Shown one piece after another: positions 7,845-14,858 of a DNA stretch of 18,164 bases (position 1 is its first letter; each line of letters opens with the position of its first letter). Under the pieces are notes generated by a model that did not search any database, was not told where the DNA came from, and saw only the letters and a list, made by a program, of their open reading frames with translations. A program made the position numbers and the translations under genes. The DNA is from Opitutales bacterium (GTDB lineage: Bacteria > Verrucomicrobiota > Verrucomicrobiia > Opitutales > JABSRG01): assembly GCA_049599475.1 (NCBI GenBank), contig JBMYOQ010000079.1, positions 1-18,164 on the forward strand. The letters run 5' to 3'.

Positions 7845-9125
7845 TTAATAACCGTGTTTTTCTTTTTTATGCCGAGGTTTGTGCCCATTATTCCCAATGA
7901 TATGTTTCATATCTAATATAATTTGCTGCCTCCCTTGTTCCTCATCAATCCAAGCGTCAATAATGACTCTGTCTTGTTTTCTAGTCAGCCTCGGGTGTGT
8001 ATCAATTCTCCACTCTTTTCCTCTGTATTCGTCCCGTGGTAAGTAAATTTCAGCCAAAGGAATGTTCGTTTTTGTTTTTAAATTTCTCAGGTATACACGC
8101 TGATAATCATTTTTCTTCGGATAAGTGTCTGTGATCACCCAATCTTTATTTTCCAGATAGGTCTGGTGTCCATTACCCTCATTCCAAATGATTTCTTTTT
8201 CTTGTTTACCATCATCGCGGATCAGCCTGTAGGAATTTCTAATAAACATGAGGACGTGGTCCTTATCTCTCCAGGCATGATGTGATGACCCTGGTTCATC
8301 TGATAGAATCCTAAGATCTTCGCCCGTGTTACTGAGGGTTAACTTTCTAGTTATAAAACCACCTTTCCCAGGCACACGCCATCTATGGACAAACAAAAAG
8401 CGGCTACCGTCCGTGTTCCATTGAGGGTGGTTAAAGTAGTGTTTTCCGTTTTCGGGTCCATATTGCTCGGCCACAGTGGCTACGGAAATTAGGTTTACGA
8501 CTTCTCCAGTATCTAGGTGTATTTTATAGATGTAAGAATCTTCAGGAGCCAAGACATCTTTGTTTTTGTCAGGGATGCCGGCATACCCATACCCTCTACG
8601 CATGTGATCCAACCGAGCAAAATCTACACCTAAACCCCACATTCCGTCTGGGCTCAAATGATAGATCGGCTCTGGTAGAAATCTGAATTCACGCGTCTCT
8701 ATGTTGTACACCTTTGTGACAAACTTACCATCGATTCGATCATTCCAAAGTATTTCATTTTTGGATTCAGGTCTCCATTGAAGCTGGCAACCTTGCTGCC
8801 AACACCACGCTTTGGATGTGCCTATTTTAGTGTATGCGTAGTCATTGTTAGAATCAAAATAGCCCACTTCAATTTCGTCATCGGGATTTGGACTGCGCCT
8901 ATCAAAGTCGACCTTCATCGTTAAAAAATAACGATCATCATAACTCGTTTGGAACTTGTCATAATAGCCAAACCAGTGATACCCAGGGCCCTCTGAAATC
9001 ACTTCGTAAGGAGCAAAAAATACAGATTTTTTATGTTCAGCGAAGGTGATGTTCGCATAAGCGATGAATATCAAAGCGACGGCAATGATCGATTTGAGAC
9101 GATGGGATGAATTAGAAAAATACAT
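7845..9125 (-). CDS. Secreted beta-propeller protein (TolB/oligogalacturonate-lyase PL22-like fold), function unknown
   Basis: Signal peptide; WFGYYDK, WCWQQG.QLQW, LSPDG, HYFNHPQWNTDG, GHQTY, TDTYP, RIDTHPR motifs. ATG at 9125 preferred over TTG at 9131. Noticeably AT-richer than the neighbouring genes. Confidence 0.7.
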   Translation of the reverse strand: MYFSNSSHRLKSIIAVALIFIAYANITFAEHKKSVFFAPYEVISEGPGYHWFGYYDKFQTSYDDRYFLTMKVDFDRRSPNPDDEIEVGYFDSNNDYAYTKIGTSKAWCWQQGCQLQWRPESKNEILWNDRIDGKFVTKVYNIETREFRFLPEPIYHLSPDGMWGLGVDFARLDHMRRGYGYAGIPDKNKDVLAPEDSYIYKIHLDTGEVVNLISVATVAEQYGPENGKHYFNHPQWNTDGSRFLFVHRWRVPGKGGFITRKLTLSNTGEDLRILSDEPGSSHHAWRDKDHVLMFIRNSYRLIRDDGKQEKEIIWNEGNGHQTYLENKDWVITDTYPKKNDYQRVYLRNLKTKTNIPLAEIYLPRDEYRGKEWRIDTHPRLTRKQDRVIIDAWIDEEQGRQQIILDMKHIIGNNGHKPRHKKEKHGY

Positions 9126-9253
9126 GTTCAATTATTGTTATAGCGTATCAACAATCGGTCTTAAACGGGGCTTTCGATACTGAGTTACGAATGTGCATGT
9201 ATAGGACAGAGGTCGGCGTTTTTTGTATTAAATGAAACGACAGTCAGGACTGT

Positions 9254-9337
9254 TGTAGGACGTCGTTCCCATAGTGACGTCGTGTGAATATGGGTTTTGC
9301 CGATTGCGCGCCCTCCCTGCGGGAAGGACGCCCTACA
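9254..9337. repeat. Inverted GTAG-type REP doublet (REPIN-like)
   Basis: Left arm TGTAGGACGTCGTTCCCATAGTGACGTCGTG versus reverse complement of the right arm TGTAGGGCGTCCTTCCCGCAGGGAGGGCGCG: 23/31 identical. Lies 18 nt downstream of the esterase stop. Confidence 0.7.
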
Positions 9338-9355
9338 CCGGCGAGCCTATCATTA

Positions 9356-11875
9356 TTAGTGACTCACCGCTAATCTTCCGAAGCGGGCGGCTTCGCCACT
9401 CTCGATCAAAACGTTCGGAAACTCTACCGCAACTGCCTCAATCTCCACACCGACTGCGCTCGTGCCGGTGCCGACGACGTCGCCGCCTTCAAAATTTTCA
9501 TATCCGGGCCCGCCCAGCTGGAGATCGTGGGTGAATTGAGCTAGATAGTCTAACCCTTGGTCCGCATAGTCGGCGCGCCGCGTGTAGCGTAGGTAGAACT
9601 TTCCATCATTCTCATCTACGTAAATTTGTGGCGGACCATTCTGCGTGATGTTTCCACTCACACCGGGGGTGCTCACTTCAAGCGTGCCACTGTTGGTGTA
9701 GGTCGGATCTGAGCCGAAGGCAAACTCGAGCAAGTTAGCTTTGCCGTCCATGTCGGGATCACCCGTAGGTGTGGTTGCTTCGGGAAAATCATAAGCCGAC
9801 AAGTCGAAGGCGCCGATCCACTCGCCGTATTTAGCCACTGCGTTGTAGGCAACGCCGAAGGCTGTGCCTAGCTGTTGATTGCCCACTGTTCCGAAGTGCA
9901 GTCCATCCGTCTGCATGCCATCGGTATCGATGAGAAAGGCGTTAGGGTCTGCGGCGGCTACATTCTCCTGTGCAGCACGGATTTCATTCCGCCCCTCAGC
10001 TGGGACAGAAGTCTGTGTGTCCGACAAACGGCTCACGAAAAAAGGAAGATTCGCACCATATCGAAAACGCACATCAGCGATGAGTTCATTTAAATCGAAT
10101 TCGTATTGGGCAGTCGTTCGGCCATCGCCCGCATCGGCTTCCCCTTGTGTCCAGAGCATGCCCGAAATGGTGTAAGTGTGACCATCTGCTGTAAGTGCAG
10201 CGAGTGCAGCGGTCACAGTGTCATTAAATAAAGGATACAGATTTCCGGTTACTGGGTCCCAGTGACTCTCGTGCAAGCGGGTCCCTCCCACAGCATATTT
10301 GATGAGGGCAAACTTCTTGTCGGGAGCTGCATCGGCGATGGCGCGCCCAAAGGCGATCTCGGGGCCGAAGGACTCGTTTCCATTTTCAAAGCCCTTACCG
10401 CTACCGGGCCTGAGATTTATCCAAGTCGATCGATTGTCGTGATCGTAGAGTGTATGAGAGTCCGTAGTGTTGTAGTAGAAACGCACATCAGTCTGCGGAT
10501 TCGCAAGCTCCGGCGGCAATTCTGAGGCGTCCGGATTGTTCCAGCCCAGCATATTTGACTGCCCCCCGAGCAGGATAATATCATAGTGCTCCGGCGGACC
10601 AGGGCGCTCGACAACATCCAAACTTATCGAAGCGAGTGTGCTGCCATTCGCCGGACTAGCAAAGGCCAAGACGAGGCCATCGGTGATTTCTAGCGTAGTG
10701 CTTACGCTTCCCGCACCCGATGTAGTGGTGAGAGCGTTACCACCACTTGCGGCACTGTAGACTCCTAAAGACCCCGATGTGGAACTGAAACCCGAGAGGA
10801 CCAAGCGCAGATCAAAGGTCGCCAACTCAGACACTAAGTCGGGGTCGAGATTAAATGTAAGCAGGAGCGCGTCATCTTCATTGATAAAGTTTCCGCCTCC
10901 CCCACCTTCGACGCTTAATCCATTTCCGTAGGAAGAAAATATCCCAGTCCTCACATCGGTTCCTCCTGAAAATGTTTCCCGGTTAAAGTCGTTAAACGAA
11001 TCAATTTTAATGGTTAGGCTCCCCGCGACTGGATTTGACAAGGTTTCGTTGCCAGAGAGAAGCGGAATCTCTCCACCGGATATGGGTGACACGGTGACGG
11101 GGCTTTGGTCCAGATCCGATAATTGAATCTCAAAGTCGAAGGGCGGAGCCGTTTCATCGACCCATCGGGCACCCCCGGAAGTATTGGTGAAATCGAGCGT
11201 TATCGGCGCTGCGCGCGGGCGCTCACTCGGTGCGACAAATTCCGAAGCCTTGGTGATCGCTACATTATCCCAGACCATCATCGGGGCTCCATCCGACGTG
11301 TAAGTCGTCGGGGCCGCAAAGGTTCGGATCGTGAACGGGCCGGTGCCGGTTTCGGCTGTATTGAAAGTATTATATACGAATTGGCCGTCAATCGCGAGTT
11401 CGCCGCCAGATACCAAGATTTCGGGCTCCACTATGGGTGTATCTGGACCCGCAGGTCGATTGTCGCTAAAGTCCATCACGAAATAGCGAGAGGAACCATG
11501 CGCCGCTACTGAATTATTCCAAACATAGGCGCTAAAGACATACTCGGTTTCTGGATCTAGGGGACCCACGTTAAACTGACGATACATCGCATTAGTATCC
11601 GCAGTATTCGTGAGGTTGTAGGCCACATTTCCACTCGTTGGAAGGTTCGCAAAAGTCGCCGAGAGGCCTGCATTCTCTACCGAATCGAACAAGGCAACCC
11701 CGACTCGATCCCAATCGTCTGGAGTCGTATTCACCGTCCCCGTCTCGAAATCTCCGTTGGTTATCAGCGTGACCGTTTCCGTGCCCGGAACCACATCATT
11801 GAGGCTCAGGTAAGTCGTTGCTGACAGTGTCGACACGAGGGCCAATGAAATAATGGGGAGGTTTTTTAATCTCAT
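9356..11875 (-). CDS. Secreted multidomain SGNH carbohydrate esterase (SASA/sialate O-acetylesterase, CE6-like) with N-terminal beta-sandwich domains and a PVC-type C-terminal domain
   Basis: Signal peptide; LITNGDFE CBM-like start; SGNH blocks GGQSNM, FGPE, AVGGT, WTQGEAD, DGLHF; C-terminal GDPDMDGKANLLEFAFGSDP...FYLRYTRR...ARFGRLAVSH. Confidence 0.85.
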   Translation of the reverse strand: MRLKNLPIISLALVSTLSATTYLSLNDVVPGTETVTLITNGDFETGTVNTTPDDWDRVGVALFDSVENAGLSATFANLPTSGNVAYNLTNTADTNAMYRQFNVGPLDPETEYVFSAYVWNNSVAAHGSSRYFVMDFSDNRPAGPDTPIVEPEILVSGGELAIDGQFVYNTFNTAETGTGPFTIRTFAAPTTYTSDGAPMMVWDNVAITKASEFVAPSERPRAAPITLDFTNTSGGARWVDETAPPFDFEIQLSDLDQSPVTVSPISGGEIPLLSGNETLSNPVAGSLTIKIDSFNDFNRETFSGGTDVRTGIFSSYGNGLSVEGGGGGNFINEDDALLLTFNLDPDLVSELATFDLRLVLSGFSSTSGSLGVYSAASGGNALTTTSGAGSVSTTLEITDGLVLAFASPANGSTLASISLDVVERPGPPEHYDIILLGGQSNMLGWNNPDASELPPELANPQTDVRFYYNTTDSHTLYDHDNRSTWINLRPGSGKGFENGNESFGPEIAFGRAIADAAPDKKFALIKYAVGGTRLHESHWDPVTGNLYPLFNDTVTAALAALTADGHTYTISGMLWTQGEADAGDGRTTAQYEFDLNELIADVRFRYGANLPFFVSRLSDTQTSVPAEGRNEIRAAQENVAAADPNAFLIDTDGMQTDGLHFGTVGNQQLGTAFGVAYNAVAKYGEWIGAFDLSAYDFPEATTPTGDPDMDGKANLLEFAFGSDPTYTNSGTLEVSTPGVSGNITQNGPPQIYVDENDGKFYLRYTRRADYADQGLDYLAQFTHDLQLGGPGYENFEGGDVVGTGTSAVGVEIEAVAVEFPNVLIESGEAARFGRLAVSH

Positions 11876-11961
11876 GTTATATGGTATTTGCGTGGGGTAT
11901 TTTTTAAGTCCTCATCCGGCCTTAAGGCCTTCGCTCTGGGATGTGCGTTCAGGGGGCCCTC

Positions 11962-11970
11962 ATTATAACA
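11962..11970 (-). promoter_or_regulatory. Putative extended -10 promoter element for the esterase gene
   Basis: The minus strand reads TGTTATAAT (TGn-TATAAT) about 87 nt upstream of the ATG, in AT-rich DNA. A TTGACG lies only 11 nt upstream of TATAAT, too close for a canonical -35. Confidence 0.4.
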
Positions 11971-12160
11971 AAATTATGCGTCAAAAAATACGCCATTAAA
12001 CGCCCCTGACCATACAATAAACGCAACGGATAAAGGCTTTAATAATTAAGAATTATTGGAGCATCGCATAGACCGAATCCTATTCGTAAGAATGATGATC
12101 ATAAGCGAAATGATTGCGCAGATTGTCTCTAATCGACACTACCGCGTTTAGATAAGATCG

Positions 12161-12305
12161 TATAAACGGATTCTCAAAATAAAGGCACCATCAAGTCGCG
12201 GATCATTGGTAGGGGACGACGTCTCGCCGGCCCTCAGAGAGCTCGGTCATCCGAGGACGGTTGCCCCTACCCTTAAGGCTCAAGCATTTCGAGATTCGGT
12301 ATGAG
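12161..12305. mobile_element. MITE-like element with degenerate ~35-bp inverted ends enclosing a GGTAGGGG...CCCCTACC REP doublet
   Basis: 12271-12305 matches the reverse complement of 18111-18145 at 27/35 with no gaps. 12169-12195 matches 18119-18145 at 19/27 in direct orientation. The internal REP pair spans 12208-12271. Confidence 0.5.
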
Positions 12306-12311
12306 ACGCAT

Positions 12312-12341
12312 GGACGCGCTTCACGGACGAAGCGAGCTACC
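12312..12341 (-). repeat. Single GTAG-type REP
   Basis: The minus strand reads GGTAGCT-CGCTTC-GTCCGT-GAAGCG-CGTCC, i.e. GTAG followed by a palindrome. Confidence 0.6.
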
Positions 12342-12372
12342 TATTACTCATAGATAATGAAATAGCGTATCA

Positions 12373-12440
12373 CACGGACGAACCCGAATATCAGAAGAAA
12401 CTCCTCACATATTCGTGTCTATTCGCGCTCATTCGTGGCT
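12373..12440. repeat. 10-nt-period ATTCGYG tandem repeat with a degenerate inverted arm
   Basis: ATTCGTGTCT-ATTCGCGCTC-ATTCGTGGCT (12411-12440) faces CACGGACGAACCCGAATAT (12373-12391). Confidence 0.65.
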
Positions 12441-12452
12441 TCATAACATCCC

Positions 12453-13949
12453 CTATTTCACCTCAGTTGATTTGAGCAATAGGTTCTTAGAATCGATGCT
12501 CTGCAGATAATCGCGCAGCGTATACATCTGAGAGTTTAATGCCTGTACGGAATCTGTCAGGGGTTTCCATGCATTGTATTCAACATCGAGGAAGCCTTTA
12601 TTGCTGGAGCGCTCCCCCCACTGCATTGTCCCATCGTCGATATAGCGGTGCCAATGCCACCCGACGACATTCTTATTTTGCAGGAGCCCGATCACGAAGT
12701 TTTCATAAAACTGTCCCCGGCTGGCTTGGGTTTTCGTCAGAAATCCTGCTCCAGATTTGGACACTAACCCGGCGTCCACCCCCTTGGCGTAAAACTCGGT
12801 GATTAAAATAGGTTTTCCCGCAAGTCCTGCCCACTTGCTCAAGTTTTTTTGAGATGGAGACCAACTATTATAGTAGTTTATTGAGACAATATCGACGAAA
12901 GGACCAGCCGCTTCGTATGAAATATCCTGATACTTAACACCACCGTGAAAGCGCGTCCCCAGTATCATATGATTCGGATCATGTTTTCGCAGGACATCGT
13001 GAACCGTCTCAAAATAGGTCGCTATTACAATATAGCAAAATTCCTCGTCATGCTCCGGGGTAATTTCGCCTGCCTCAATCCCCTTCTCTTTTAAAAAAGC
13101 TTTGGCCCTGAGATACCCATGATCTTCCGGAGGAAGCTTGAGGTAGTTACGGATAATATTTCCTCGATTGAGGGGGAGTTCGTTGTCTGTGAAATGACCG
13201 AAAAACCATGGATCATTCACATAATTCTCGATATCTCGTTTTACTCTCTGCTCCGCAAACTCTCGGAATTCCGGATCAAAAACAGGGATCACCCCTTCAC
13301 GGTACCGCGAATTTCCATAGCCTCTTTGGGCAACTCCTTTATGCTTTCCATAGTTCGCCATGAAGCCCCAATATTTATTGTAAGGGACTCTGACTCCGTT
13401 GTCATGGAAAGCTCGATCATCGCTCCAAGATCCCAGCATGGTTAGCCCGAGCTCTTCAAAGAGTAAGCCCTTCGTTTCTTCAGCCCATCTCTTCTCAGTT
13501 CCAAATTTCTTTGGGAATAGTTTTTCTGTATCTTCTCGATCAGTCCCTGGCTTGATTCCATTCAATCCGACACTGAGGGTGTGATACCCTTCGGGATCGA
13601 CAATCACCCATTGATCGTTCTCAAGCTGTTTTGCATAGAAGAAGCCTTTTGCTACCTCCCTACGATCCAAACGGCCGCCATATGGGCTCAGTTTTGTTTC
13701 TTTTTTTTGATACTCAGTGAGATGAGTAAGCAGGTTGGTTTGATACTTTCGCCAATCCTTTGTTTTAAACTTTTGCGCTTCGACAATGATCGGCGCCTCG
13801 ACTGGATCCGCGTATATACAGGCTCCGACGAAAAGTGAAACACTTGTAATAAGGACCTCCTTACGACGCTGTATCGCGCCCATCGCAGCGTTGAAAACAA
13901 GCGGAACACGCTCTAAATAATCCGTCAGTCTCTGCATTTGGTGTCTCAT
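12453..13949 (-). CDS. Clan GH-A glycoside hydrolase, agarase-like (GH50/GH86-related)
   Basis: Motifs WVIVDPEGY, LGSWSD, PVFDPEF, DPWFFGHFTDNELP (acid/base), DPNHMILGTRF, DIVSINYY, KPILITEFY (nucleophile), VVGWHW. The ORF-track start at 14009 overlaps a terminator, so ATG 13949 is used. ATG 13883, just before the hydrophobic stretch, is also plausible. Confidence 0.75.
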   Translation of the reverse strand: MRHQMQRLTDYLERVPLVFNAAMGAIQRRKEVLITSVSLFVGACIYADPVEAPIIVEAQKFKTKDWRKYQTNLLTHLTEYQKKETKLSPYGGRLDRREVAKGFFYAKQLENDQWVIVDPEGYHTLSVGLNGIKPGTDREDTEKLFPKKFGTEKRWAEETKGLLFEELGLTMLGSWSDDRAFHDNGVRVPYNKYWGFMANYGKHKGVAQRGYGNSRYREGVIPVFDPEFREFAEQRVKRDIENYVNDPWFFGHFTDNELPLNRGNIIRNYLKLPPEDHGYLRAKAFLKEKGIEAGEITPEHDEEFCYIVIATYFETVHDVLRKHDPNHMILGTRFHGGVKYQDISYEAAGPFVDIVSINYYNSWSPSQKNLSKWAGLAGKPILITEFYAKGVDAGLVSKSGAGFLTKTQASRGQFYENFVIGLLQNKNVVGWHWHRYIDDGTMQWGERSSNKGFLDVEYNAWKPLTDSVQALNSQMYTLRDYLQSIDSKNLLLKSTEVK

Positions 13950-13955
13950 ATTTAT

Positions 13956-13991
13956 AAAAAGGAAAACACCCCCCGCCCTGGGAGGTGTTTC
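13956..13991 (-). terminator. Rho-independent terminator after the PEP-CTERM gene
   Basis: The minus strand reads GAAACACCTCCCAGGGCGGGGGGTGTTTTCCTTTTT: a GC-rich stem with a U-rich tail, about 37 nt after the stop. Confidence 0.75.
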
Positions 13992-14028
13992 AATATTAAG
14001 ATCTATCAAAATATAGTATCATACACGC

Positions 14029-14739
14029 TTACCTCTTTGACGGGCGACGCTTCATTGCGACTGCACCGAACGCGAGCAATCCCGCAAAAAGTACATAAGT
14101 GCTAGGCTCCGGAACTGCCGCGAGTGCACCGCTCACGACGATGGTATCGATGTCGCCTGAGTTTGTGCCCCCTGCATAAAAATTGAAGGTAACCGTCGTG
14201 TCAGTAAGCCCCTCATATTGTGAGCCGCCTAGCGAGATCGTTTCGGCGTCATAATCATTGCGCAAGACACCTTCTTCAGAGAAGATAATTCCTGAATCCA
14301 AGCTTGTATCGAAGGCAAGCCAAGGGCTATTGAGAGACGGTGTCGCCTGTCTCCAATCAAAGGTTACTGACGTAAGGTCCAAAACTGTTTCCGCATCGAT
14401 CGTGATCGAGAAACTGTGCGTTGGCAGTGCCGCGCCAGAACTCCCAAGTGTCGGCTGCAAAACATCTCCCACTCCGTTCAATTTGGCCACGTTGTCATTC
14501 GGCATTCCGACCTGCGCGTTGTCGTCATACTGAAGCCCAGCACCATTGGAGAGTGACCACCCTCTTACGGTGACACCATCTGTGAGATCGAAATCATCCA
14601 GGTTTACTGTATCGAAGGCGCCTCCATCCGCATTGAAGATTGCAGAGTCGGAGAAGTCAGTTCCCACGAGGTCCGCGGACATAAGTGGAGACGCAGAGGC
14701 GAGCGCAGATAATATAGCAAGGATAGGACGATATTTCAT
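14029..14739 (-). CDS. PEP-CTERM (exosortase-targeted) surface protein
   Basis: N-terminal signal peptide; acidic, D/T/S/G-rich body; C-terminal AVPEPSTY, transmembrane helix and basic KRRPSKR tail. Confidence 0.93.
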   Translation of the reverse strand: MKYRPILAILSALASASPLMSADLVGTDFSDSAIFNADGGAFDTVNLDDFDLTDGVTVRGWSLSNGAGLQYDDNAQVGMPNDNVAKLNGVGDVLQPTLGSSGAALPTHSFSITIDAETVLDLTSVTFDWRQATPSLNSPWLAFDTSLDSGIIFSEEGVLRNDYDAETISLGGSQYEGLTDTTVTFNFYAGGTNSGDIDTIVVSGALAAVPEPSTYVLFAGLLAFGAVAMKRRPSKR

Positions 14740-14858
14740 ATCGGGAGGGGTATTCGACGATTTAGGGATTGTGAGTGTGCCGAGGAGGCATCTTCATTCG
14801 AGGATTGTTAGTTACATTCTAAATCGCGCTAGAAGAAATACACTGTGCGCCCACGAGA

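Noticed and set aside
6446..7900. 484-aa + strand ORF
   Set aside because: It lies antisense to the well-supported GH2 gene and has no recognisable motifs, so it is treated as a shadow ORF.
3470..9502. Diversity-generating retroelement TR/VR pair (3470-3613 versus 9359-9502)
   Set aside because: The mismatches are not adenine-specific: only 3 of 11 have A in the orphan copy's coding strand. Most are third-position synonymous changes, and no reverse transcriptase is in the window.
13950..14009. N-terminal extension MIDLNIETPPRAGGVFLFIN of the 518-aa ORF
   Set aside because: It begins at TTG and translates straight through the terminator hairpin. Downstream ATGs fit better.
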